From an uncultured Bacteroidales bacterium (GTDB lineage: Bacteria; Bacteroidota; Bacteroidia; Bacteroidales; VadinHA17), in assembly GCA_963725785.1 (NCBI GenBank), contig CAVRZV010000010.1, positions 384,619 through 448,618 on the forward strand: a stretch of 64,000 nt of DNA, in the 5' to 3' direction. Below the pieces are notes generated by a model that saw only the letters and a program-made list of their open reading frames with translations, did no database searches and was not told the DNA's origin. The position numbers were made by a program, and so were the translations under genes. Positions 20,596 to 30,820 of the stretch are shown here, in pieces; position 1 is the first letter of the stretch; each line of letters opens with the position of its first letter.

Positions 20596-20668
20596 TCGGC
20601 CCGGAGGGAATCGAACCCTCGACCCCATGATTAAGAGTCACGTGCTCTGCCAGCTGAGCTACGGGCCG
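20596..20668 (-). tRNA. tRNA-Lys (anticodon CTT)
   Basis: Hand-folded cloverleaf CGGCCCG-TA-GCTC-AGCTGGCA-GAGC-A-CGTGA-CTCTTAA-TCATG-GGGTC-GAGGG-TTCGATT-CCCTC-CGGGCCG-A. All four stems pair. CCA is not encoded. Confidence 0.9.
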
Positions 20669-20913
20669 TTCAGGCCGCAAATTAACTTAAATAGTCAGAC
20701 TTTTGGAAACAAAATACGATCAAATTTCAAAGATCCGCCTGATCAGTCAATAAATAGCCGTCTCTGACCTTAAAACTTTTCCGGAAATTGTGAGCTGGAT
20801 GGGTGCAATCAGGTAACTTGAAAAATGATATGAATAGCCAATGTTCAGTTCTTTCTGTAACATCCCGCCTCAGTTGATCGTTTAACTGTTCACGTATCAG
20901 GATGAAAAAAGCG

Positions 20914-20921
20914 TAAATTTG
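20914..20921 (+). promoter_or_regulatory. candidate Bacteroidota sigma-A -7 box (TAAATTTG)
   Basis: Matches the TAnnTTTG consensus, 30 nt upstream of the adhesin ATG. Confidence 0.35.
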
Positions 20922-20950
20922 CTATACACAAATAATGCGCAGCATAATAA

Positions 20951-23920
20951 ATGAAAAAGTTTTTATCATTTTTATGTTTAATATTATTATCGACTAGAAT
21001 TCTTAGCCAGAGTTGTGCTATATTAGCTAAAGCCAATAATATGACTCCGGATAAACTTTGCTCTCCGGTTACTGCATCCTGGAATGTAACTTATACCGGG
21101 GTGAACAACGGAGGCACACCGGTTCAGATATTTTATGACTGGGATGACGGAACCACTCAGACTGCACCGGCTGCAAATTCGGGCCCCGGCGTATTCCAGT
21201 CAACAGTCTCTCACATTTATACTTCTGCCGGAACTGTCTGCAATTATCATCCCCAGGCAACATTGATGGTCAATGGTGTCCTCTGCTCCTCTTCTTCTCA
21301 ACAACAGATAGTCACGGTGTGGGATGATGATAATCATAATGGCGGACACATGCACATCAGTCCGCCTGTCTATCCTATATGTATTGGAAATGGCGATAAT
21401 GTCCGTTTCCAGGATCTCACACAGTTTAACTGTGTACCACCACAGGAAGAGGATGTGCCGAATCTCTTTACCAGATGGGTGCAATGGATTTATGGAACCG
21501 ATATAACTATGACAGGAGTTCCCGTAACAATTAATGGAACACCTAGAGTTTTCCCCTATACCACTCCGGTAATAACGTTACCCGGCCCTGTAACAGGATC
21601 CGGGGTCTTATCCGATCTGATAAATGTTGCCAATGATAAACTTCTGGGACAATATTTTCAGGTTACTTTAAGAAACTGGAATTATTGTAATCCTTATGAC
21701 GATCCTAATATTCCGGGACCACCTGCAGATCCGGTAAATGGTGATCATCCTCCCGTGACAACAACTGCAATAATTCTCATCGTTCCTTATCCCGATGCAA
21801 CAATAAATCCTGTTGCCAGTTTATGCCGAAATGCTCCTCAGGTTACCTTAACTGCACACGATCCGGGAGGAATCTGGTCAGGGCCTGGTGTTACAGGAGA
21901 TATATTTGATCCTGCAGCAGCTGGTCCGGGAGTTCATGTTATTACCTACACTATAACAACAGCAAGCGGTTGCAGCGACAGCGATCAGACAACCATAACG
22001 GTATTTCCGATGCCAGATGCAACTATCACTCCTCCAGGCAAAGTGTGTTTTAATGATCAATTATTTACACTGACAGCACACGATCCGGGCGGAACATGGA
22101 CTGGTGCCGGTGTTGTAGGAAGTACATTTGATCCATCTATTGCCGGTATCGGTAATCATATGATAGCTTACACAATAACCGATATAAACGGTTGCATCAG
22201 TTCTGACCAGATTACAATAACTGTTGACCCCGCTCCTGATGCAACAATAACTCCTGTCGGTACATTGTGCATAAATAGTCCGGTGGTTACCTTGACAGCA
22301 CACGATCCGGGCGGAACATGGACCGGATCAGGGTTAACCGGCAATACATTTGATCCGGCCGTTGCCGGCGCAGGAAGTCATATCATAAGCTATACAATCG
22401 TTAATGCAAATTGCAGCGCTACAGACCAGATAACAATAACCGTTGTGGCGCAACCTGATGCCACAATAACTCCCGTAAATAATTTATGTATCAACGGTTC
22501 CAAAGTTATCTTATCTGCACATGACCCTGGCGGAATATGGTCGGGACCAGGAGTTACAGGAAACCTTTTCGATCCATTGCTTGCCGGTATTGGAACTCAT
22601 ACAATCAATTATACCCTTTCAAATATCAATGGATGCTCCGACGCCGATCAGATATCTGTAACAGTTATGTCGGCCCCTGATGCAACCATAACTCCCGTAG
22701 ATACTATGTGTGTTAATAATCCGGCTATTGGGTTAGTTTCAAAAGATCCGGGAGGTGTCTGGTCGGGTGTTGTCACAAACAATATTTTCGATCCTGCCGT
22801 GACAGGCATTGGAAACCATGTTGTTAATTACACAATTACAAACATCAATGGATGCACTGATACTGACCAGATTACAATATCGGTGATGCCTGTTCCCGTG
22901 GTTAATATAAACCATGCCGGTACATTCTTTATTAACAGTCCGTCCCAGACAATTACTGCAACGCCGGCCGGCGGAATATTCTCCGGAGATGGGATGACTG
23001 GAAGTGTTTTTAAGCCCAGCGCCGCAGGCCTTGGGACTCATGTTATACAATATCAAACAATTCCTGACAGATTTGGCTGTATGGGAACTGACACAATTCA
23101 TATTAAGGTGATCATGCCTTCGCTTCCTCTGGCATACTTTGAACCTGATACAGTTGGATGTTCTCCGTTAGCCATCCATTTTAGAAATAGCAGTATCAAC
23201 GGAGAGTCTTATCTATGGGACTTTGGTGATAAAGTATTTTCAGTCGACAGAGAACCATCTCACACTTATTATACTCCCGGCAGTTATATAGTATCCCTGA
23301 CAGTGACAAATATTGCAGGACAATCAGTACATAATATTATAATAACAGTATATCAGAATCCTGTTGCTGTTTTCAATGTATATCCAACCGAGGTAACAAA
23401 TAACTCTCAGATTGTCGTTCTCTCCAACTATTCGTATTACGATGAACTCCGGTTATGGAAGTTCGGTGACGGTACCACATCAACAGAGGAGAATCCCTGG
23501 CACAAATATGAATCGGAAGGTAACTTTAATATTACGCTGGTAGTGACCTCGAAAGACGGTTGCGTAGATTCTTCAACCTTTTCAACACCGGTTAATGTAA
23601 GCTTTGAAACAGGAAAAATTGAATTTCCAAATGCTTTTGTCTGGAACCGGACCGGCCCAACAGGAGGATACTGGCAGGAAGGCAGGGTGGACGATGGAGT
23701 ATTCAGACCTCATTTTGAAAATATCATTGAATATAAACTGCAGATATTCAACCGTTGGGGAGTACTTATTTACGAGAGTAGCGATTTGCAGAAGGGTTGG
23801 GACGGATATTTTGGAAATGGAAATCTGGCTCTTGAAGGTGTGTATGTGTGGAATGTAAAGGGAAGGTTTATTGATGGAAATTATTTTGAAAAGGTTGGTG
23901 ATGTGACTTTTTTACATTAA
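20951..23920 (+). CDS. large T9SS-secreted adhesin-like protein (tandem Ig-like modules, PKD-like domains, type-B C-terminal sorting domain)
   Basis: Signal peptide, then six ~74-aa modules (PDATITPV..LC.N...V.L.AHDPGG.W.G.GV.G..FDP..AG.G.H.I.YT......C...DQITITV). PKD-like segments follow (YLWDFGD..., WKFGDGTT). The C-terminus FPNAF...F.P....I.EY.LQIFNRWG.LIYES.....GWDG...G.....GVYVW... matches the gliding-motility CTD. Confidence 0.8.
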   Translation: MKKFLSFLCLILLSTRILSQSCAILAKANNMTPDKLCSPVTASWNVTYTGVNNGGTPVQIFYDWDDGTTQTAPAANSGPGVFQSTVSHIYTSAGTVCNYHPQATLMVNGVLCSSSSQQQIVTVWDDDNHNGGHMHISPPVYPICIGNGDNVRFQDLTQFNCVPPQEEDVPNLFTRWVQWIYGTDITMTGVPVTINGTPRVFPYTTPVITLPGPVTGSGVLSDLINVANDKLLGQYFQVTLRNWNYCNPYDDPNIPGPPADPVNGDHPPVTTTAIILIVPYPDATINPVASLCRNAPQVTLTAHDPGGIWSGPGVTGDIFDPAAAGPGVHVITYTITTASGCSDSDQTTITVFPMPDATITPPGKVCFNDQLFTLTAHDPGGTWTGAGVVGSTFDPSIAGIGNHMIAYTITDINGCISSDQITITVDPAPDATITPVGTLCINSPVVTLTAHDPGGTWTGSGLTGNTFDPAVAGAGSHIISYTIVNANCSATDQITITVVAQPDATITPVNNLCINGSKVILSAHDPGGIWSGPGVTGNLFDPLLAGIGTHTINYTLSNINGCSDADQISVTVMSAPDATITPVDTMCVNNPAIGLVSKDPGGVWSGVVTNNIFDPAVTGIGNHVVNYTITNINGCTDTDQITISVMPVPVVNINHAGTFFINSPSQTITATPAGGIFSGDGMTGSVFKPSAAGLGTHVIQYQTIPDRFGCMGTDTIHIKVIMPSLPLAYFEPDTVGCSPLAIHFRNSSINGESYLWDFGDKVFSVDREPSHTYYTPGSYIVSLTVTNIAGQSVHNIIITVYQNPVAVFNVYPTEVTNNSQIVVLSNYSYYDELRLWKFGDGTTSTEENPWHKYESEGNFNITLVVTSKDGCVDSSTFSTPVNVSFETGKIEFPNAFVWNRTGPTGGYWQEGRVDDGVFRPHFENIIEYKLQIFNRWGVLIYESSDLQKGWDGYFGNGNLALEGVYVWNVKGRFIDGNYFEKVGDVTFLH
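21791..23110 (+). repeat. in-frame tandem array, 6 x ~219-222 bp (5 well conserved, 1 diverged)
   Basis: Unit starts (CCnGATGCnACnATnAnTCC) are at about 21791, 22013, 22235, 22454 and 22676. A diverged unit starts at about 22889. Confidence 0.85.
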
Positions 23921-23975
23921 AAGCAGCCCATGTATATTTTAAAGATTATCATATCTTTAAGAAAAAGTCAATATT

Positions 23976-24419
23976 ATGAAATCAACAGAAGAAAAAGCAA
24001 TAACATCATTCAAAGCCGGCCTGAATTGTTCTCAAGCCGTACTAACAGCCTATTCAGATAAACTGAAATTCAATAATGAACTTGCGTTAGCTGTATCATG
24101 CGGATTCGGAGGAGGAATGGGCAGACTTCAGGAAACATGCGGAGCAGTTACAGGATCATATATGGTTCTTGGTATTTATAACTGTGGCAGGTTTTCTGAG
24201 AACTTTAACAGAAAAGAAGAAACTTATTCGATGATTCAAAAGTTCAGTGAAAAATTTAAACAAATCAACGGCACCACCGAATGTATTTCATTATTGAAAA
24301 TCGATCTGAAAACAGAAGAAGGACAACGCTATGCCAGGGAGAACAATCTTTTTGAGACTATTTGTGAAAAATGTATTTCAGATTCGATAAGGATTGTTGA
24401 AGAATTAATTGAAAAATAA
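23976..24419 (+). CDS. C_GCAxxG_C_C family redox-active protein
   Basis: GLNCSQAVL...CGFGGGMG...TCGAVTGS...C..L...C arrangement. Confidence 0.7.
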   Translation: MKSTEEKAITSFKAGLNCSQAVLTAYSDKLKFNNELALAVSCGFGGGMGRLQETCGAVTGSYMVLGIYNCGRFSENFNRKEETYSMIQKFSEKFKQINGTTECISLLKIDLKTEEGQRYARENNLFETICEKCISDSIRIVEELIEK

Positions 24420-24454
24420 GTAAAAATAGAATATGATAAAGTGAATAGATACAT

Positions 24455-24811
24455 TCACTTCCTCACATGATCTCTTTCATATAAGACATAATGTAAGATA
24501 AATAGAATTCCCACGATTAAAAATGGAGCAATTACTACAAGTGAACCGGGATTTCCTGAAAAAGAATGAAAATAAATAAAACCTGCTAACGACGCAAGTA
24601 TAAAAAGAATACCTCCTGCAATCTCCCATTTCCATGCAATAATCAATATTGCGATTAAAATCAGGACCGGGATGTTATGAATAAGGAATCCCAGCATTTT
24701 AGCACTGAAAGTTTCATTTCCTCCAAAGGAATCTAATGAGAACATAGTCAAAAACAGAATTGAAAGAATAGTTAAAATCCTGGGAATCCAATACAAAATC
24801 GTCGATTTCAT
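24455..24811 (-). CDS. small integral membrane protein (4 predicted TM helices), unknown function
   Basis: 118 aa, almost entirely hydrophobic segments. Confidence 0.5.
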   Translation of the reverse strand: MKSTILYWIPRILTILSILFLTMFSLDSFGGNETFSAKMLGFLIHNIPVLILIAILIIAWKWEIAGGILFILASLAGFIYFHSFSGNPGSLVVIAPFLIVGILFILHYVLYERDHVRK

Positions 24812-25062
24812 TTCTTTACGGTTTTAGTAATAATTAATTATTCTCCGCTGTTGGTCAGATATGAATTTCGGACTTATGAAATTGCAATTTGACATCCTAA
24901 AAATACGTCTCTTTTCCAGTATATCAAATGTAACTGTCAATAAATTAGCAGTACGGAAAACTCACTTTGCCTGGGAATAAATTTTCTTGTTTTGAATAAT
25001 AATGTTTCATAATTTTGATTTTGCCAGAAGTGACTCTTTTACAGGATGAAACTTTATTCCTG

Positions 25063-25080
25063 TTGTATTGTGCAATACAA
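25063..25080. promoter_or_regulatory. perfect palindrome TTGTATTG-TG-CAATACAA, candidate operator or leader hairpin
   Basis: 8-bp perfect arms with a 2-nt centre, 116 nt upstream of the ATG at 25196. It lies downstream of a TAATTTTG -7-like box at 25010-25017. Confidence 0.3.
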
Positions 25081-25195
25081 GAATAGACAGGTTATTGATT
25101 TATATCTTGTATCCTATTGATCATCCGGTATAAATATTATAGGTACATTACTTGCCGGTAAAAGTTAAATAGCTTAATTATTAAAATACAACAAG

Positions 25196-26371
25196 ATGGT
25201 TAAGACAATTCCCCGGAACTTTTACTTTAAAAGACGTGAGTTCCTCAAAACTACTGCTCTTGCAGGAATGACAATAGCTTTGCCTGGAATCAAAGGTTTT
25301 GCTCAGGATCAGGATGTTATTAATAGTTCATATGAACGGCTTGCTGATTCATTAAATAAGCTACCTAATTCATTTCCCCGAACGAAGTCAAACATTGAAA
25401 TCACATTGTTAAAAAAAATCTTTCTTCCCGAAGAAGCCAGCCTTGCGGGTCAGCTGACCATTGCCATGGAGCCTGTGGATGATATCGCAAAGCGTGTCGG
25501 GCTATCTTCTGAAGAAACAGCCGGCAGACTGAAGAAAATGCTGGACAGGGGTTTTGTGTGGGGAGATGCAAACAAAGGAGTTTACAGACTGGCTCCTTTT
25601 ATTGTTGGTATCTATGAGAGTCAGCTTCCACGGATGGATCATGAACTAGCTCACCTGGTTGAAGAGTATTTCCATCAGGGTGGAGCTGAAATAATGAGGC
25701 CTCAACCTTCAATCCACAGGGTGATTCCCGCACAAAGTGCAGTTAAATCTGAATGGATTCTTCCATATGATAAGCTCCGCGAACTCCTCCTGTCGTGTAA
25801 CACCTTTAGAGTAAATAATTGCATCTGTCGTACCCAGCAGGATCTCGAACAAACCCGCCGATGTACTTTTCCCCTTAATGTTGAGCTCATATTTTATAGA
25901 GGCGCCGAATCCTCTGATCCTCCTGTTACACCATTTATAACCAAAGATGAAGCTCTTGCAATTCTTGACAAGACCGAAAAGATCGGACTTGTTCACACTG
26001 CCAGAAATGTTGCTCAGGGCATATATTATATTTGTAATTGCTGTGGATGTTGCTGCGGCATATTAAGAGGGATAAATGAATTTGGTATCGGTAAATCTGT
26101 TGCAGCGGCAAACTATTATTCAGTTATAGATCCTGAAAAATGTACAGGATGCGGAACCTGCATCAAGAGATGCCAGATGCATGCAATTGTTGCAGAAAAT
26201 GAAATCTCCGTTGTTAACCGTGCCAAATGTATTGGTTGTGGTTTATGTGTCACAGGCTGTAAGGCAGGTGTTGCCCGACTTGAACTCAAGCCGGAAGAGG
26301 AAAGAGTCGAACCTCCAAAAGATTACTCAACATGGGAACACGACAGGCTGGTTAACAGAGGACTGGCATAG
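25196..26371 (+). CDS. Tat-signal 4Fe-4S dicluster protein with extra Cys-rich motif
   Basis: Twin-arginine signal KRREFLKTTALAGMTIALPG. Two ferredoxin motifs, CTGCGTCIKRC and CIGCGLCVTGC. Additional CNCCGCCCG cluster. Confidence 0.7.
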   Translation: MVKTIPRNFYFKRREFLKTTALAGMTIALPGIKGFAQDQDVINSSYERLADSLNKLPNSFPRTKSNIEITLLKKIFLPEEASLAGQLTIAMEPVDDIAKRVGLSSEETAGRLKKMLDRGFVWGDANKGVYRLAPFIVGIYESQLPRMDHELAHLVEEYFHQGGAEIMRPQPSIHRVIPAQSAVKSEWILPYDKLRELLLSCNTFRVNNCICRTQQDLEQTRRCTFPLNVELIFYRGAESSDPPVTPFITKDEALAILDKTEKIGLVHTARNVAQGIYYICNCCGCCCGILRGINEFGIGKSVAAANYYSVIDPEKCTGCGTCIKRCQMHAIVAENEISVVNRAKCIGCGLCVTGCKAGVARLELKPEEERVEPPKDYSTWEHDRLVNRGLA

Positions 26372-26438
26372 ATCGACCAATTTGCATTAGTTCAGTGCGA
26401 TTTTCCTGGTGCAGTGTCATTTCCGGGAAGCAGAATCC

Positions 26439-27635
26439 TTAAGGTCTAATTCCGACAAAGGTTATATCAATAACCATAATCTCAGATTTTGCTGTTGTGC
26501 GAACCGGCGGACCCCATAGCCGAATACCGCTGGTAACAAAAAAATGTGTGTTCCCTATTTTTCTATGCCCCCAGCTAAGCTCGTACACTCCTTTTGTAAT
26601 GAGATTGATTGGGAAAAGCTGTCCGTTGTGGGTATGTCCCGAGAACTGAACATCAACTGAAGTCCGGCTGACCTGTTCAATTTCTGTCGGACGATGATCT
26701 ACAAAAATTAAAGGAAGAGAATCTGGTAAAGGTTCTAATAATTCTCCAATCTGCTTTCTGCTGCTTATATGACTGTCATTCCGTCCTACAAGATAAAAGG
26801 AGCGTGCAATCATCACTGCTGAATCGCTTAAAACTTTCATTCCGGCCAGCCGGAAAAAACTACCTTTTTCCTGCCGTGCGTAATGCTCATGATTTCCGGG
26901 TACTGCAAATACTCCATATCTGGTTTTTATACTGTCGAATATAACTCCAAACTTTTCCATATTCCCATCATTCCTGTCACCTTCAACAATATCACCACCA
27001 AAGATCAAAAGATCTGGCTGTATAATCCGTATATTATCTGCAAACCTTTCAACAAAATCAATACTCGTGGTATTTTTCAGATGAAAGTCAGCAACAAATG
27101 CAATTTTAAGATGACTGATTTCAGATGATTTCCGTGGAATGTCAATCTGATATTCTGATGTCCTGATAGTATTGAAGTTAATTATTCCTGCTATAACCAC
27201 TCCTGCTGAAAGAAATAAAATAACTGATAAACCATATACTTTAAAACGGGAGTTGTGAAATTTTTCAGCCGGAATAATTTTAAACAAGCGATTGATCAGA
27301 AGTAAAATATCAAGAGTCAGTACACAAAGAAACAGATAAAGGTAAAATGGAAGTATGATGTTGGCTGCTGATATAAGAAAGGCTCCCAGTATGCCCGAAT
27401 TATCTACAAAGAAGAAATTGCCGACAGGATAAATCGAAGCTAATAATATATATATCAAAGTATAGTGAACCTTGTATCGTTTATTTATAAAAAGCTGACG
27501 TACACGCAGGTATACATATATATTGGGAATAGTATAGGCCAGTGTGATTATGGTATGGAACATTTCAGAGAATTGGAGTATAAGGTGCACCTCCCCCGGA
27601 AGGGAATAGTAATCAACTATTTCATAAAAAAACAA
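26439..27635 (-). CDS. membrane-anchored metallophosphoesterase (calcineurin-like)
   Basis: N-terminal half has ~5 TM helices. C-terminal half has the motifs VADFH, GGDIVEG, GNHE and GHTH. Confidence 0.75.
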   Translation of the reverse strand: MFFYEIVDYYSLPGEVHLILQFSEMFHTIITLAYTIPNIYVYLRVRQLFINKRYKVHYTLIYILLASIYPVGNFFFVDNSGILGAFLISAANIILPFYLYLFLCVLTLDILLLINRLFKIIPAEKFHNSRFKVYGLSVILFLSAGVVIAGIINFNTIRTSEYQIDIPRKSSEISHLKIAFVADFHLKNTTSIDFVERFADNIRIIQPDLLIFGGDIVEGDRNDGNMEKFGVIFDSIKTRYGVFAVPGNHEHYARQEKGSFFRLAGMKVLSDSAVMIARSFYLVGRNDSHISSRKQIGELLEPLPDSLPLIFVDHRPTEIEQVSRTSVDVQFSGHTHNGQLFPINLITKGVYELSWGHRKIGNTHFFVTSGIRLWGPPVRTTAKSEIMVIDITFVGIRP

Positions 27636-28993
27636 ATTATTTTAGCTTTTAACTTTGAGTAAGGAGGATATCTGATCGGGATATCAAGGAGATTAGACTT
27701 TACCAGTACCGACCGCAGATTCGAAAATGTTTCAAATGACTTCCTCCCGTGGTATCTGCCTATGCCGCTGATTCCAACTCCACCATAGGGCAGATAAGGA
27801 GATGCAATCTGCATAACAGTCTCATTAACACATGCATTACCCGATATTGTTCTTTTCATGAATTCACGAATAGTTTTGTTATTCCGCGAAAAAATATACG
27901 TTGCAAGAGGTTTTGGATTCTGCTCAATAATGCCATACACCTCTTCGAATTCTTCAAAGTCGATGACAGGAAGCACCGGACCAAAAATCTCTTCCTGCAT
28001 TATCGGGTCACCAGGTTTTACATCCTTAATGATTGTTGGTGCAATATATCGCGATTCCTGATCAAAAGTACCTCCTGTTACTATCTGACCTTTCTTCATA
28101 AGTTCTGAAAGCCTGATTACATTTTCTTTACTTATAACTCTGGAGAAATCATCACTATCTGCAGGGTTGGGACCATAGAACAGACTTATCTCCTTTGATA
28201 TCAGCTCCAGGAACTTATCCCTCACTTTTTTATCAATGAGCAGATAATCGGGACTGACACATGTTTGTCCTCCATTGATCATTTTCCCCCAGGCGATCCT
28301 TTTTGCGGCAAAATCAAGTCTGGCATCGGCAGCTACAACACACGGATTTTTTCCTCCAAGTTCAAGCGACAACGGAGTGAGGTTTTCTGCAGCCTTTTTC
28401 ATCACAAATTTCCCTACCCTGGGGCTGCCGGTAAAGAATATATAATCGAACTTCTGATCAAGAAGATAGTCATTTATTATATGATCACCATGAATCATAC
28501 TGACCAGCTCAGCTGGTAACTGGCTCAGGATTTTTTCTATCACCATTGCAGTATTAGGGACCTGACCTGAAACTTTGAGAATCACACAATTTCCCGCTGC
28601 AAGAGCTCCTACAAGTGGCATAAATGCAAGCTGGAACGGGAAGTTCCATGGCGAAAGTACAAGCACCTGTCCATAAGGCTGAGGTACTATGTAACTATGT
28701 GAAAGGAAGTGTACCAGAGGTGTCCTCACTCTCCTGGTTCCGGCCCATTTTCTAAGATTGCGTATAGTCCAGTTCAATTCTTTTATAACGAATCTCGATT
28801 CAGTGGCAATTACCTCAAACTCAGGCTTGTGAAAATCATTCCACATTGCATCAATGATATCCTGTTCATGAAATAATATGAGAGAGCGCAACTTTTTCAG
28901 AATAGCAAGCCTGTAATCTGTATTTAACGTTTTACCTGTGGCAAAAAATTTTCGTTGAGCTTCAATTATTGAACTGATCTCTTCTTTTTCCAT
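27617..28993 (-). CDS. aldehyde dehydrogenase (class-3 / fatty-aldehyde-like)
   Basis: Catalytic Glu ([10 protein letters not shown]) and Cys (GQTCVSPDY) motifs. 458 aa. Overlaps both neighbouring genes. Confidence 0.85.
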   Translation of the reverse strand: MEKEEISSIIEAQRKFFATGKTLNTDYRLAILKKLRSLILFHEQDIIDAMWNDFHKPEFEVIATESRFVIKELNWTIRNLRKWAGTRRVRTPLVHFLSHSYIVPQPYGQVLVLSPWNFPFQLAFMPLVGALAAGNCVILKVSGQVPNTAMVIEKILSQLPAELVSMIHGDHIINDYLLDQKFDYIFFTGSPRVGKFVMKKAAENLTPLSLELGGKNPCVVAADARLDFAAKRIAWGKMINGGQTCVSPDYLLIDKKVRDKFLELISKEISLFYGPNPADSDDFSRVISKENVIRLSELMKKGQIVTGGTFDQESRYIAPTIIKDVKPGDPIMQEEIFGPVLPVIDFEEFEEVYGIIEQNPKPLATYIFSRNNKTIREFMKRTISGNACVNETVMQIASPYLPYGGVGISGIGRYHGRKSFETFSNLRSVLVKSNLLDIPIRYPPYSKLKAKIICFFMK

Positions 28994-30597
28994 TCGTCTT
29001 CAAGAAGAATTAATTGTTTTGAAATTTCTTTAACGTCTGCACCCTCTTTTGGAGGAATATTGCTCAGGCAATACTCTGCCATTGCAGTAATAGTCAGACT
29101 GGGGTTTACGCCTATATTACCCTGTATTACTGAACCATCGGTAATATAGAAGTTGGAATATCCGTGTACTTTCAGGTTCTTATCCACTACCCCTCTTTCG
29201 ATAGTTTCTGACATCGGACATCCTCCGAGGATGTGAGCGGTAGTCGGACGATTGAAAAACACTTCAAGCAGTATATTCTGGGATATCCCTGATACCTTTC
29301 TTGCATAACGTTCCATTACCTCCTGTCCGATAGGAATATAAGCGGGTACCTTTTTGTGACCGCTGTTATCGATCTTCATTTTACCACCGAACATATTCTT
29401 TTTCCAGATCATCTTCATGGCATTATCTGCTGATTGCATAACCAGGAATATTACGGTTTTGGATGACCAGCTAAAGTTAAATACCGTTCTCAGGAACAGA
29501 AGAGGATGCGTAATGGTTCTTAACAAGAGTTTCCATGTTCTCTTAAATGATGTTTCTGCTCCTTCGACTGAAAGGCCAAAAAACCACTTCATTACGTTCG
29601 ATTTATCAGGATATTTCACGATCTCGACATGAGTGTGATGATCGGGACTGAATACCGAGGTTATAGCAAGACCATTATTAAGTTTTTCCGAGCCACCTGA
29701 AACAGCGCAAAGAGTTTCGGCATTGGTTCTTAATTCAAATCCAAGCTTGTCTGACAGAGATGTAAGTGTATTATATCTGTACTTCTGTTTAAGTAAAAGT
29801 TCCAGAGTTCCCAGTGCCCCGGCAGCAACAATTATTCCTTTTGACCTGAAAACTGTTTTCCTCCCTCTGAAGAATGAAGTTATCCGCTTTGTATCAATAT
29901 GATATAAATTATCACTATATGATATTCTTTCTGCTTTCGTTCCAGGAAGGATCTCTGATCCCAATTTTTCAGCAAACCATAAGTAGTTTTTGTCAAGTGT
30001 GTTTTTTGCATTCTCCCTGCATCCTACCATACAACCAGCACATTCAATACAGCCCTTTCGAAGCGGACCCAGTCCGTTGAAATAGGGATCCGACTCTTGT
30101 TCTGATCCATCGATATTCACACCTACATTAACAGTTTCAAATGTATCATGAGCATTCATCTCTTTTGAAACTTCTTCAAGGATCTTGTCTTCGATACCTA
30201 ATTTGGAATATCTTTTCCTCCCCAGCATGAATGAAGCCCTGTCATAAAAAGGCTCAAGAATTTTTTTCCAGTCACCGAATTGATACCAGGATGAGTTCCT
30301 GAAGAATTCATCAGGAGGATAATACAATGTATTTGCATAGACAAGGCTTCCCCCCCCAACGCCTGTTCCGGTAAGGATACTGGCAGTCGGATAAAATGAT
30401 AATTTTTGAAATCCGAAAAATCTTAACGCAGGAACCCAGAGATATTTTGGAATATTCCAGTTTGTCTTTGGGAAATCCCCTGGGTTGTAGCGTTTACCCT
30501 GTTCCAGAATAAGAACTTTATACCCTTTCTCCGCAAGACGCAGTCCGGCAACACTGCCACCGAATCCTGAACCAATTACTATATAATCATAAATCAT
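28966..30597 (-). CDS. GMC-family FAD oxidoreductase (alcohol/cholesterol-oxidase-like)
   Basis: The start is moved to ATG 30597, giving [25 protein letters not shown] (FAD GxGxxG). The C-terminal HILGGCPM region is typical of the GMC family. The upstream 42 codons of the track ORF look non-coding. Confidence 0.8.
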   Translation of the reverse strand: MIYDYIVIGSGFGGSVAGLRLAEKGYKVLILEQGKRYNPGDFPKTNWNIPKYLWVPALRFFGFQKLSFYPTASILTGTGVGGGSLVYANTLYYPPDEFFRNSSWYQFGDWKKILEPFYDRASFMLGRKRYSKLGIEDKILEEVSKEMNAHDTFETVNVGVNIDGSEQESDPYFNGLGPLRKGCIECAGCMVGCRENAKNTLDKNYLWFAEKLGSEILPGTKAERISYSDNLYHIDTKRITSFFRGRKTVFRSKGIIVAAGALGTLELLLKQKYRYNTLTSLSDKLGFELRTNAETLCAVSGGSEKLNNGLAITSVFSPDHHTHVEIVKYPDKSNVMKWFFGLSVEGAETSFKRTWKLLLRTITHPLLFLRTVFNFSWSSKTVIFLVMQSADNAMKMIWKKNMFGGKMKIDNSGHKKVPAYIPIGQEVMERYARKVSGISQNILLEVFFNRPTTAHILGGCPMSETIERGVVDKNLKVHGYSNFYITDGSVIQGNIGVNPSLTITAMAEYCLSNIPPKEGADVKEISKQLILLEDEWKKKRSVQ

Positions 30598-30820
30598 TAA
30601 AAATGTACTGATTAGGAAGGTAAGCCGCAAATATAGAAAGTCTGTTGAAAAAACCGTCAAAAAGTAACAAAGAAAATAGAATAGAGGTAGATGAGTTAAA
30701 GGGCAATTTGGAAATAAGATCAAAACAGTAAAAAAAATAAAAACATGCTTAGTTAAACATTTATTGAACAGAATTGTTAGTACTGTATAAAATTATTTAA
30801 TAATTAAATTTTTTGACATT

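Noticed and set aside
17650-20668. Integrative element or genomic island inserted at tRNA-Lys
   Set aside because: There is no integrase, excisionase, transposase or visible direct repeat of the tRNA 3' end. The neighbouring genes (SDR, SPFH, SRPBCC) are ordinary chromosomal types. Only the VOC remnant hints at a past event.
20465-20680. 71-aa minus-strand ORF (MRPERPVAQLAEHVTLNHGVEGSIPSGP...)
   Set aside because: It is the translation of the tRNA-Lys gene and its terminator, so it is not a protein gene.
30598-30723. 42-codon N-terminal extension of the GMC oxidoreductase ORF
   Set aside because: The extension (MILFPNCPLTHLPLFYF...) precedes the canonical FAD-binding N-terminus [14 protein letters not shown], so the internal ATG at 30597 is the plausible start.
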